From an uncultured Myxococcales bacterium (GTDB lineage Bacteria > Myxococcota_A > Polyangia > Fen-1088), in contig CAZJMY010000792.1 of assembly GCA_964546845.1 (NCBI GenBank), positions 83,092-147,091 of the forward strand: 64,000 nucleotides of DNA, read 5' to 3'. A program made the position numbers and the translations under genes. Under the pieces are notes generated by a model. It worked only from the letters and a program-made list of their open reading frames with translations, was not told the origin of the DNA and did no database searches. Positions 1 through 8,586 of the stretch are shown piece by piece (position 1 is the stretch's first letter; the number at the start of each line of letters is the position of its first letter).

Positions 1-1069
1 AGACGGTCGCGCTTCACGGGCCGCGGCTGGGCGTCGCGCGCTTGTGCCGGGCGTTGGCCGTGCCGCGAGCGACGTACTACCGGCACCTCGACGCCAAGGC
101 GCCGCCACCGCGGTCGACGCCCGCCCGGGCACTCACCGCTGCAGAACGGCAGGCCGTCCTCGACACCTTGCACGAGCCGCGCTTCGCCGATCAGGCGCCT
201 GCCGAGGTCTACGCGCGTCTTCTCGACGAGAACCGGTACCTTTGTTCCGAGCGGACGATGTACCGGATCCTCGCGAAGAACGCCGAGGCCCGGGAGCGGC
301 GCGATCAGCTGCGGCACCCGAGGTACAAGAAGCCCGAGCTCCTGGCGACGGCGCCGAACCAGGTGTGGAGCTGGGACATCACGAAGCTGCTCGGCCCGGC
401 GAAGTGGACCTACTTCTACTTGTACGTCGTGCTCGACATTTTCAGCCGCTACGTCGTCGGCTGGATGGTCGCCCACCGCGAGAGCGCGACTCTCGCCAGG
501 AAGTTGATCGAGGAGACGTGCCAACGCCAGCGTATCGAGCCAGGCCATCTCGCCATCCACGCCGATCGTGGGCCGTCGATGACGTCGAAGATGATCGCTC
601 ACCTGTACGCCGACCTCGGCGTCACGCAGAGCCACTCGAGGCCGAACGTCTCGAACGACAACCCGTTCTCCGAGGCCCAGTTCAAGACGCTCAAGTACCG
701 GCCCGACTTCCCAGAGCGCTTCGGCTCCGCGCAGCACGCCCGAGCTCACTGCGGTCCCTTCTTCGACTGGTACAACCGCCAGCACCACCACGGCGGCATC
801 GGTCTGCTCACGCCTCATGATGTCCATCACGGGCTTGCCCTCGATCGCGTCGCTGCCCGCACTCGCGTACTCGCGGCTGCCCACGCTGCCCACCCCGAGC
901 GCTTCGCCGCTGGCGTGCCCGTGCCGCCGCGGCTGCCCACGGCCGTCTGGATCAACCCACCAACGCTGACGTCGTCCGACGTCGAGGAGGCTCACTAAAC
1001 TCGAACCGCCGCTGTCTCATCCTCGTTGACAGGTTCCGGCCAGGTGTGCGTCACTCTGCATCGCCAAAC
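1..1069 (+). mobile_element. IS3-family insertion sequence, right-hand portion (left part outside window; right boundary approximate)
   Basis: Carries an IS3-type OrfB transposase frame that is open from the first bases of the window. The element must end between the stop at 998 and the convergent gene that stops at 1070. No terminal inverted repeat can be paired because the left end is missing. Confidence 0.6.
3..998 (+). CDS. IS3-family transposase OrfB (HTH_21-like N-terminus + DDE/rve integrase core), 5' end cut by window edge
   Basis: The frame is open from base 3; the track start at 42 is an internal TTG. DDE triad contexts are visible: 'VWSWDITKL', 'AIHADRGPSMTS', 'NDNPFSEAQFKTLKY'. 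The C-terminal 'YNRQHHHGGIG' is typical of IS3 OrfB. Confidence 0.9.
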   Translation, partial: TVALHGPRLGVARLCRALAVPRATYYRHLDAKAPPPRSTPARALTAAERQAVLDTLHEPRFADQAPAEVYARLLDENRYLCSERTMYRILAKNAEARERRDQLRHPRYKKPELLATAPNQVWSWDITKLLGPAKWTYFYLYVVLDIFSRYVVGWMVAHRESATLARKLIEETCQRQRIEPGHLAIHADRGPSMTSKMIAHLYADLGVTQSHSRPNVSNDNPFSEAQFKTLKYRPDFPERFGSAQHARAHCGPFFDWYNRQHHHGGIGLLTPHDVHHGLALDRVAARTRVLAAAHAAHPERFAAGVPVPPRLPTAVWINPPTLTSSDVEEAH

Positions 1070-1966
1070 TCAACGCGCCGGGAACTGTCCGTTGAAAACG
1101 AGATTCCAGTACGAGAACGCGACGTCGATCTTACCAGCGATTTCTGCATCGATCGCGGCCACGGCCTTATCAGCAGCGTATGCGGCATGTTCAGTGAGCG
1201 AACGGCGCTGCGCTTCGGTCGAAGCCGCCGGAATCCAGCCTGCGATGCCGAGCGGGTCCGTCAAAGCCGCTCCCTTGCGATCTCGGAGCAGCCGGAACGC
1301 GTCCACCAAGCAATTCTGATAGGCCTTCGCGCCCACGCACGGTTGCCCCGCCGCCAAGAGCATTTCGAGATGGAATCCGAGGACGGGGATCTTCGGCTCA
1401 CGTGCATACTTCCATGCTTTCAGGAGGCGAATGGTCTTCGATAGCTTGAAGGCGGATCGCGCGTCCTCGCCTCTCAAGTACTTGGTGTGCCGTCCCGGAG
1501 ATGTCCGTCTCCAGCCTCCGGTGCCGTCCGGGATCTCGAACACGGGGTACTGTGGGCTGGTGTCGGTGGTCCCGACCCACACCCCAGGCACAACATCGAC
1601 CGCACCGACGCCCTGTCCGAATCCGACCACGGCGGCGGGACCATCGATCCACACCGCGGTACCAGGAAACCGCGCCTTCAAGGCAGACTTGGTTCGCTCC
1701 AGCGTCGTCGATGAGGCCACGCGGCTGCCACCCCGGGTCACGTCTGCAACACCGACTTTGGCAAAGTAGTCCACATCGCTCCGGACGTGGATCGCGGAGT
1801 CGCGCGTATGGCTACCGATCACGAGCAGCTCGTTGAAGTTCTTGAACTCCGATTGCATTGCCTGCTCGATTGTGCGGCGATGCGCCTTGCGCTGGTTGAC
1901 CTCCGTCTCCGACGGCTCGATCTTCGCCAGAAATGCCTGGATCGCTTCGAACACCGACCTCGCCAT
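1070..1966 (-). CDS. SMODS / CD-NTase-like nucleotidyltransferase (Pol-beta fold)
   Basis: 'LLVIGSHTRDSAIHVRSDVDYF' gives GS-x11-DxD. The third acidic residue sits in 'GAVDVVPGVW'. 'GGWRRTSPGRHTKYL' and 'IRLLKAWKY' follow, matching the motif order of SMODS/CD-NTase-type enzymes. It is the last gene of a three-gene minus-strand unit. Confidence 0.75.
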   Translation of the reverse strand: MARSVFEAIQAFLAKIEPSETEVNQRKAHRRTIEQAMQSEFKNFNELLVIGSHTRDSAIHVRSDVDYFAKVGVADVTRGGSRVASSTTLERTKSALKARFPGTAVWIDGPAAVVGFGQGVGAVDVVPGVWVGTTDTSPQYPVFEIPDGTGGWRRTSPGRHTKYLRGEDARSAFKLSKTIRLLKAWKYAREPKIPVLGFHLEMLLAAGQPCVGAKAYQNCLVDAFRLLRDRKGAALTDPLGIAGWIPAASTEAQRRSLTEHAAYAADKAVAAIDAEIAGKIDVAFSYWNLVFNGQFPAR

Positions 1967-1998
1967 CTACCGACTCCTCGCGCGTTGAGTGGCCATGC

Positions 1999-3678
1999 TC
2001 AAGCCGCCTCGGTTGCACTCGAGAGTACGAGTTCTGCCGCCTCCAGTGAATCCTGCTGAAGCACGATCGGGCTCCGCACTTCAACAGCCTCGTCGGTCAT
2101 GTGGATGTTCAAGGCGCGCAGCGTGCTCTGCGCTTTTCGCAGTAGGACGTCGAGCGCTTTCTGCGCCTTGCGGATCTCGTCGCTGATACCGTCGACGTTG
2201 TTTCGAATCGCGACGCTGTGCTTTTCCATCCTCTCGAGGCGCGAGAGCTCGTTTTCGATGCGGGACTCGACGTCGCGCAGCGCCGCGATGTCGCCAGGAT
2301 CGCCCGCGGTTCGCGTCCGCGTGACGAGACCCATGCCCAGAAGAATGGCGGCATGGAGGTAGGCGTCGGTAGCCGGGTCGTGCTCGTCCCATGTTACGAG
2401 GACGTTGTTCCCATAGCGCGCGAAGCGCGGGAACACGTCGGACGCATGAGAGCGTGCCATGACGAGCACGCCGGCTGCCGCATCGCGGTTCTTTCGCGCA
2501 GCGTCCAGCTCGGCGAGCGCCTTCTGCACGGTGCACGAGCTGTCCCGCTTTGCCTCGAAAACGACGCCCGCCTGCGCGAAGGCGCTCTCCGCCGTGAAGC
2601 GGAGGACGGCGTCACCCTTCTTGCAGCGACCGACGCCCGCGGTCGCTCCCGTGACGTCGAAGACGCAGGGGGCGCCCTGCGTGGCCGCGCGGACGAATGC
2701 CGTGACGGCATCTTCGAAGTCGAACCCTCCCCGAGTCGTCTTTTGGTCTTGTGTGCGTCGAGTCTCGATCCGAGCAAGCGCTTCGCGTACTTCCTTCTCG
2801 AAGAGGGTCTGCCGTTGTTCTTGCCGCTTCGCCAGATCGTTCTGCACCGCCGCCTGTTCCTCCAGCATCTTGGTCAGGCTCGCCTTCAAGATCGCCAGGG
2901 GCGACGCTGGCGCGTCCGGGTTCACGGCGGTGAGAACCTCTTGACGCGCTTGGTGGGTCTCGCGAACGAGGCGGCTCAGGAGCGAGCCCTCATCGTTCGC
3001 ATCGAGTGCAGCCAGCGCGGCGGAGAGCTGCTTCTGGCGATCCTCGTCGGCACCTTTAAGCTCTTCACGCAGGCTCCGGAGGAACCGCGCGACGGCGCCG
3101 TCCTCGGCAAGAGGATCGAGCGCGTGCACAAGCTCGGCATGGCTCTCGACCATCACAGTCCGAAGCTGGCCTTCAAGGATCTTTATCAACCCGTTGCTGT
3201 CGGTCGGACTCAGCTTCTTGAAGAGCGGGCTCGTCTCGCCCACCTGCCGAGCCAGCGCCTCTGCTAGGACGCTGTTTTGTGGCCCGAGGTACTTTTCGAG
3301 AAGTCGCGCGAGGACGCCCTGATCATCGACGAACGCGGCGAGCCGCTGCGTCACCTGCCCGTCCCTTGGGTCGAAGAACCTTCCGAGTACACGCGCTATC
3401 GTTTGCTGCTGGCTTTCGACATGGGCCTTCAGTTGTCGATCGATGTCCTCGACCAAGGCCTTGCCGACGTCCTCGAATTTGGCTTCCTGCGCCTGCGTGT
3501 AGGCGTTTGCGAGCGCGCGGAGTCCGACGCTCCAGGCGTCCATTGCAAGCTGTTCCTGTTGCGCGGCCGCGAGTTCGCCGAAGAGTCCGAGGCTCTCCGG
3601 GCGCCGATCTGTTACTCGAATCGCGACTTCGCGAGCGGTCACCTTTACGTCGATCACGAGTGGGTTGCGCAGGTCCAT
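1999..3678 (-). CDS. Coiled-coil protein (559 aa) with C-terminal PD-(D/E)xK-like restriction-endonuclease-fold module; function unknown
   Basis: Start moved from 3720 to the ATG at 3678, which is preceded by AAGGAGG at a 4-nt spacing. The N-terminal 330 aa or so are rich in Q/E/A/L/R (coiled-coil-like). The C-terminal part has 'GGFDFEDAV', 'KGDAVLRF' and 'GVVFEAKRD' (D...ExK pattern). A second short coiled coil lies at the extreme C-terminus. Confidence 0.6.
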   Translation of the reverse strand: MDLRNPLVIDVKVTAREVAIRVTDRRPESLGLFGELAAAQQEQLAMDAWSVGLRALANAYTQAQEAKFEDVGKALVEDIDRQLKAHVESQQQTIARVLGRFFDPRDGQVTQRLAAFVDDQGVLARLLEKYLGPQNSVLAEALARQVGETSPLFKKLSPTDSNGLIKILEGQLRTVMVESHAELVHALDPLAEDGAVARFLRSLREELKGADEDRQKQLSAALAALDANDEGSLLSRLVRETHQARQEVLTAVNPDAPASPLAILKASLTKMLEEQAAVQNDLAKRQEQRQTLFEKEVREALARIETRRTQDQKTTRGGFDFEDAVTAFVRAATQGAPCVFDVTGATAGVGRCKKGDAVLRFTAESAFAQAGVVFEAKRDSSCTVQKALAELDAARKNRDAAAGVLVMARSHASDVFPRFARYGNNVLVTWDEHDPATDAYLHAAILLGMGLVTRTRTAGDPGDIAALRDVESRIENELSRLERMEKHSVAIRNNVDGISDEIRKAQKALDVLLRKAQSTLRALNIHMTDEAVEVRSPIVLQQDSLEAAELVLSSATEAA

Positions 3679-3699
3679 GATTCCTCCTTGGCCTTTTGA

Positions 3700-3719
3700 C
3701 TGTTGCATAACACTAAACA
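3700..3719 (-). promoter_or_regulatory. Operator-like 20-mer, copy 1 (plus-strand CTGTTGCATAACACTAAACA) upstream of the coiled-coil gene
   Basis: 19/20 identical to 4153-4172. It lies about 20 nt upstream of the ATG at 3678, in the 87-bp gap after the XRE gene. Confidence 0.6.
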
Positions 3720-3765
3720 AGGTCCCCGAGCCAAGCGCCGAAGGGCCCCCCCAGCTCGCATTTGT

Positions 3766-4137
3766 CTACGAGTCGTACCCGGACCGATCGCTCGACGAGT
3801 GACGCCGCTTGATCTCGGTGATCAGCTGTTCGAAATCTTCTGAGGTCAGCCGCAGTGTCATGGCGGTCCTCAAGAATTCAGGCACGTTCGGGACGAGGTT
3901 CATGAACTCGGCGATGTCGGGATCCGTGCTATCGGCTAGCCGAAAAAGCAGATCTGCATCCCCGCCAAAAAGGCGCGCCATCTTCTTTACGAGTTCGGGT
4001 TTCGGCGGTCGCTCCTTCCCCCGCTCGATCCGGCTCAAGTAGGCCGGCGAAATCCCGAGGCGTTCGGCAGCTACACGAAGACCGAGATCTTGCGCTTCCC
4101 GCATCTCCCGGATCGTCTCTCCGAATCCTTTCGACAT
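3766..4137 (-). CDS. XRE-family helix-turn-helix transcriptional regulator (123 aa) with C-terminal extension
   Basis: 'LGLRVAAERLGISPAYLSRIERGKERP' is a classic XRE/Cro HTH. Start moved to the ATG at 4137, with an AGGAG-type SD (CAGGAGCC) upstream. It is the first gene of the minus-strand trio. Confidence 0.85.
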   Translation of the reverse strand: MSKGFGETIREMREAQDLGLRVAAERLGISPAYLSRIERGKERPPKPELVKKMARLFGGDADLLFRLADSTDPDIAEFMNLVPNVPEFLRTAMTLRLTSEDFEQLITEIKRRHSSSDRSGYDS

Positions 4138-4152
4138 CGACCCTTGTGGCTC

Positions 4153-4172
4153 CTGTTGCACAACACTAAACA
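4153..4172 (-). promoter_or_regulatory. Operator-like 20-mer, copy 2 (plus-strand CTGTTGCACAACACTAAACA) upstream of the XRE gene
   Basis: 19/20 identical to 3700-3719. It occupies the same position relative to its downstream start codon (about 15-20 nt upstream). Confidence 0.6.
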
Positions 4173-4278
4173 CATGTTGGACGGTTGTCAAGCCCCGCCG
4201 TTGTGCGCCTGGTACGCAGCGGTGTAGCTTGGCATCGCTTGGCAGGTTCTACCTGCGGGTGAGTCTGGGAGCCGCTCC

Positions 4279-4482
4279 GTGCCAGATGACGAGATCCTGA
4301 CGCTGAAGGAGGTCGCGCATCTCCTGAAGGTCGCCGAGAAGACCGTCTACACCATGTCCCAGAACAAGGAACTGCCCGCTTTCAAGGTCCGCGGGCAGTG
4401 GCGGTTTCGCCGCGAGGACATTGATAGCTGGATCGACGAGCAGACGAAGAGAAAGGCCGCCGGGGGGACATCCGATGGGTAG
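4279..4482 (+). CDS. Excisionase-family / MerR-like HTH DNA-binding protein (67 aa)
   Basis: 'LTLKEVAHLLKVAEKTVYTMSQNKELPAFKVRGQWRFRREDIDSWI' matches the HTH_17 excisionase-type pattern. It is the first ORF of the long plus-strand operon. Confidence 0.8.
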   Translation: MPDDEILTLKEVAHLLKVAEKTVYTMSQNKELPAFKVRGQWRFRREDIDSWIDEQTKRKAAGGTSDG

Positions 4483-6571
4483 ACGGGCCGCGTCGAAGCA
4501 GCACAGCTCCGTGGACGATGATGTCGACACCGCGGACACAGGGGCTGCCGCGACCGACGACCAGGCCACGCGAGCTGGCGATGAAGTCGAGGTCGTCCAG
4601 GATGGCCGCCTGCTCGACTTCATCTCGGGCACGAGGGAGCTGAAGGACACGCCGAAGGAGCAAGTGCGCCAGCGCATCGCGCGCGCTCTCTTCCACGAGT
4701 ACGGGATCTCCATCGAAGACATGGAGGCCGACTTCTCGGTCAGCGTCGGCGGTCGCCGCCGTCGTGTGGACATCGCGATCTTCAGGCCCGGCCAGCCACA
4801 CGCTCAGGAGAACCTGCGCCGCGTCGTCGTCTGCCGACCCGAGCCGACGCAGAACAAGCGGGGCGCGGTCAAGATGCGCGACTACGATCAGGCTGCGAAG
4901 GACCTCGAGGAGATCAAGCCGTTCTTCGAGGAAGTGGATGGCTGCCAATACGGGCTTTGGACCAATGGCCTCGAGTTCTTCTTCCTGAAGAAGAAGGCGA
5001 CGAAGTTCCAGATCGATGCCGAACCGATCGGCGACTGGCCTCCAGGCGACGAGTCGATCGGCACGAGGGACGTGTTCTCATATGCCCGGGTGCGCCGCGC
5101 CGATCCTGAGATGCTTCGGACGGCGTTCCGCCGCTGCCACAACTTCATCCACGGCAACGAGGGCATGCCGAAGGACGCCGCTTTCTGGCAGTTCCTGTAC
5201 CTCATCTTCTGCAAGATGCACGACGAGCGAGCGGCGCGAGATCGGCGCAAGTTCTGGGCGGGCCCTCAGGAGCAGTTCACCGACGCGGGCCGCAAGGAGA
5301 TCCAGAAGCGGATTCTCCCTCTCTTCGAGGAGGTCAAGCAGGAGTACAAGGCCATCTTCCGGGAGAGCGACGAGATCACGCTCTCGCCCCGCGCGCTGGC
5401 CTTCATGGTTTCGGAGCTCGCGAAGTACGAATTCACGCGCATCGACGTCGACGCGAAAGGTGCCGCGTACCAGGAGATCGTCGGGACAAACCTCCGCGGC
5501 GACCGCGGCCAGTACTTCACTCCGCGCGGTGCAATCCGGCTGGTGGTGCAGATCCTCGACCCGAAAGAGCACGAGAAAATCCTCGACCCTGCGTGCGGCA
5601 CAGGTGGGTTCCTCGTCGCCACGCTCGCGCACATGATGGGCCGCTTCCGAGAGGCGGCGAAGATCCGCGCCGACGCGGAGACCTCCGAGGAGTTCGAGTC
5701 GCTGCACGCGCGCCTGCGGAAATTCGCGACCAACCAGCTGTTCGGTTGTGACTTCGATCCGTTCCTCATCCGGGCCAGCCAGATGAACATGGTGATGGCG
5801 GGCGACGGGAAGGGTCACCTTTACCACCTCAACTCGCTCGAGTTCCCGAACGGCCACCTCGTCGGCGTCAAAACAGCGGAGCGTCACATCAAGCTGGGCA
5901 CGATGGACGTCGTGATGACCAACCCGCCGTTCGGGTCGGAAATCCCCATCACGGACGACAACGTCTTAAAGGAGTACGACCTCGCGCACGTCTGGGAGAA
6001 GGCCGAGGACGGCACCTTCCGCATGACGCCCCGTCTTCAGGGCAGCGTCGCGCCCGAGGTGCTGTTCATCGAGCGCTGCCTCGACTGGCTCAAGCCCGGC
6101 GGACGCATGGGCATCGTCCTGCCCGATGGCATCCTCGGCAATCCCGCGGCCGAGTACATCCGCTACTGGATCCTCCGAAACGCGTGGGTGCTGGCCAGCG
6201 TAGACCTGCCCGTCGAGACGTTCATCGTCGAGGCCAACGTCAACATCCTCACGAGCCTCCTTTTCCTCAAGAAGAAGCCGCCAGAGGTGATCAACCGCGA
6301 GGGGCTTCGCGGCAAGCGCGACGACTACCCCGTCTTCATGGCCGTCGCCGAGAAGGTCGGCTTCGACCGGCGCGGCAACACGCTCTTCAAGCGCTCTCCC
6401 GAAGGTGAGGAGTTGACCAAAGACGTGGAAGAAGTAGAGACGATCACGGTGGGTGGTCGGAAGGTGGCCAGGACGCTCCGCCGCAAACAGAAGATCCTCG
6501 ACGACGACCTTCCGGTGATCGCCGACCGCTACCGCGCTTTTCGACGCGAGAACCCGGAGCCAGGGACGTGA
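4475..6571 (+). CDS. N6-adenine DNA methyltransferase (HsdM-like, gamma class) with HsdR_N-like N-terminal module, paralogue 1
   Basis: Motif I 'ILDPACGTGGFLV' and motif IV 'VVMTNPPFGSE' are present. The N-terminus 'EQVRQRIARALFHEYGI...RRRRVDIAIF' resembles the HsdR N-terminal fold. The start is ambiguous (ATG 4421 or ATG 4475); 4475 has a GGGGGGA SD and overlaps the upstream stop by 8 nt. Confidence 0.9.
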   Translation: MGRRAASKQHSSVDDDVDTADTGAAATDDQATRAGDEVEVVQDGRLLDFISGTRELKDTPKEQVRQRIARALFHEYGISIEDMEADFSVSVGGRRRRVDIAIFRPGQPHAQENLRRVVVCRPEPTQNKRGAVKMRDYDQAAKDLEEIKPFFEEVDGCQYGLWTNGLEFFFLKKKATKFQIDAEPIGDWPPGDESIGTRDVFSYARVRRADPEMLRTAFRRCHNFIHGNEGMPKDAAFWQFLYLIFCKMHDERAARDRRKFWAGPQEQFTDAGRKEIQKRILPLFEEVKQEYKAIFRESDEITLSPRALAFMVSELAKYEFTRIDVDAKGAAYQEIVGTNLRGDRGQYFTPRGAIRLVVQILDPKEHEKILDPACGTGGFLVATLAHMMGRFREAAKIRADAETSEEFESLHARLRKFATNQLFGCDFDPFLIRASQMNMVMAGDGKGHLYHLNSLEFPNGHLVGVKTAERHIKLGTMDVVMTNPPFGSEIPITDDNVLKEYDLAHVWEKAEDGTFRMTPRLQGSVAPEVLFIERCLDWLKPGGRMGIVLPDGILGNPAAEYIRYWILRNAWVLASVDLPVETFIVEANVNILTSLLFLKKKPPEVINREGLRGKRDDYPVFMAVAEKVGFDRRGNTLFKRSPEGEELTKDVEEVETITVGGRKVARTLRRKQKILDDDLPVIADRYRAFRRENPEPGT

Positions 6572-8586
6572 GCGACGAGCTCGACGAGCAGGCCGAAGGT
6601 GAAGCGGAAGAGGAGTCCGAGAGCGAGTCCGAAGCTCTCATCGACATCCTCACCGGGCAGGCGATCGCGCCGTCGGCGAAGAACCGATTGGTGCAGAAGG
6701 TCGCGCGTCAGCTCCTCGAGAGCTATGGCTTCGACCGCGCCGACATCAAAGTCGGGTACCGGCTTACGACGGCGGGCAAGCGTGGGAAGTCGGTGGACAT
6801 CGCGATCGTGCGCCACGGGATGGAGCCCTGTGACGAGAACATCGAGCGCGTCATTGTCTGCCAGCCGCAGAAGGCACGCGAGAAGCTTCGCAGCCCAGAG
6901 GAAGCCGCGCCCGACCTGCGCAAGCTGCACGAGAAGCTGGAGCTGTTCCCCAAGTGCCACCTCGGCATGTGGACCAACGGGCACGAGGAGTTTTTCGTTC
7001 GCGCGGAGGACAAGACGTTCGAGACGCGCTTCTCGAACATCGGTGCGTGGCCCGCCCCCGGCGAGCGCACCGACGACGTGCTCAAAGAGGGCGGCGCGAC
7101 GCAGGTCCCTGCTGATCCCGAAGATCTCGAAGCCGCGCTCCGACGCTGCCACCAATACCTGACCAAGAACCGCCTTCTCGGCGCGGATGCGTTCAAGCCA
7201 CTCGGCGCGCTGCTCCTCGCCAAGCTGTACGACGAGACGCTTCCACGCTCAGAGCGCAAGTTCTGGATCCGCGGCGACGAGCCGTTCACCGCGGCGGGAC
7301 AGGAGGCCATCCGCCAACGCGTAGCGGCGTGCTTCGAGGCGGGGCGGGCCTGGCAACCGAACGTCCTTCTCCACGGCTGGGACCTCGGCTATCTGAACGC
7401 TGCGCAGTTGGCGCGCGTGGCGACGGAGCTCGCTCGGTACTCGCTCGCCGACAGTCTGCCCCTGAGCCGGACGTTTGCGTTTCGTGCAGGCGCAGCCTCG
7501 ACGATGGATGGCAAAGAGGGCCGCTACCCGACGCCGATCAACGTCGCGCAGATGGCGGTCTCGATACTTGACCCTGGACCGGGCGATCGCGTCTTCGATG
7601 GCTCGGCCGGCACAGGGACGTTCCTCGCCATGGCAGCGACGCACGTCTTCGGAAAGCTTCTCACTGACCTCGGTGCGACGCTCGATACGGCGTCATCCGA
7701 CCAGCTACGCGAGGCACAGGTTCGCACTGCCGCGTGGGCGAAGGAGCACGTCTTTGGCTGCGACCTGTCGCAGTCCTTGGTCGTGACGTCGCGCCTGAAC
7801 ATGCTGCTCACGGCGGGGCAGGCGGGGAACGTCTTCCACGTCGATGCTCGCACCTTCCCGGACGGCGATCTCGAGGAACTGGACCGCGCGCGCACCGTCA
7901 TCCCGACCGAGAGCATGGATATCGTTCTCACGAACCCGTGGTTCAGCACCAAGGACACGATCAAGGAGGAGGCGATCCTCCGACGGTTCCGGCTCGGGCT
8001 CGAATGGAAGCGCACCGAAGAGGGTCACTTCGTGGAGAACGGCGCACTCAACACGGCCGGCGTGCCCCCCGAGGTTCTGTTCCTCGAACGCGCGTGGCGG
8101 TGGGCGAAGCCGGGTACAGGTCGCATTGCCATCCTGCTGCCCGATGGGCTCCTCGGAAATCCGAGCGACGAATACGTGCGCTGGTGGATACTCAAACATT
8201 GCGAGGTCCTCGCCGGTGTCGACCTCCCTATCGAGCCGTTTAAGGTCACCCTGAAGGACTACCGGCTGACGCCAGCTCTGCCCAGCCTTCTCGTCCTTCG
8301 ACGCCGCAGCCAAGAGGAGCTGCTTCACACGAGTCACCCCGACTACTGGGTATTCATGGCCGTGGTGAACCGCGCGGGCGTCGACGCCCGCGGCAACAAG
8401 CTCTTCCAACGAAAGCCGGACGGCGAGGAGCTGATTGTCGATGAGAAGGTAGTCGAGCGGGTTCGTGTCGGCGGGCAGGTGGTAGCGCGCCGGATCGTGC
8501 GCAGACAGTCGCGCATCGACGACGAGCTTCCGGTCGTGGCCGAGCACTACCGGCGGTTCGTCGATGGCGGTCGGAGGGGACCGTGA
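6568..8586 (+). CDS. N6-adenine DNA methyltransferase-like protein, paralogue 2, with non-canonical motif IV (NPWF)
   Basis: Motif I is 'VFDGSAGTGTFLA'. Motif IV is 'IVLTNPWFSTK' where NPPF/Y is expected. It has the same HsdR_N-like N-terminus as paralogue 1 ('NRLVQKVARQLLESYGF...GKSVDIAIV'). The GTG start overlaps the upstream TGA (GTGA). Confidence 0.85.
   Translation: MSDELDEQAEGEAEEESESESEALIDILTGQAIAPSAKNRLVQKVARQLLESYGFDRADIKVGYRLTTAGKRGKSVDIAIVRHGMEPCDENIERVIVCQPQKAREKLRSPEEAAPDLRKLHEKLELFPKCHLGMWTNGHEEFFVRAEDKTFETRFSNIGAWPAPGERTDDVLKEGGATQVPADPEDLEAALRRCHQYLTKNRLLGADAFKPLGALLLAKLYDETLPRSERKFWIRGDEPFTAAGQEAIRQRVAACFEAGRAWQPNVLLHGWDLGYLNAAQLARVATELARYSLADSLPLSRTFAFRAGAASTMDGKEGRYPTPINVAQMAVSILDPGPGDRVFDGSAGTGTFLAMAATHVFGKLLTDLGATLDTASSDQLREAQVRTAAWAKEHVFGCDLSQSLVVTSRLNMLLTAGQAGNVFHVDARTFPDGDLEELDRARTVIPTESMDIVLTNPWFSTKDTIKEEAILRRFRLGLEWKRTEEGHFVENGALNTAGVPPEVLFLERAWRWAKPGTGRIAILLPDGLLGNPSDEYVRWWILKHCEVLAGVDLPIEPFKVTLKDYRLTPALPSLLVLRRRSQEELLHTSHPDYWVFMAVVNRAGVDARGNKLFQRKPDGEELIVDEKVVERVRVGGQVVARRIVRRQSRIDDELPVVAEHYRRFVDGGRRGP

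Noticed and set aside
4228-4244. Possible sigma-54 promoter, TGGCATCGCTTGGCA, in the divergent region between the XRE gene and the MTase operon
   Set aside because: The GG to GC spacing is one nucleotide short of the required GG-N10-GC, and the -12 element is GGCA rather than TTGC. It is better described as a direct repeat of CTTGGCA of unknown significance.
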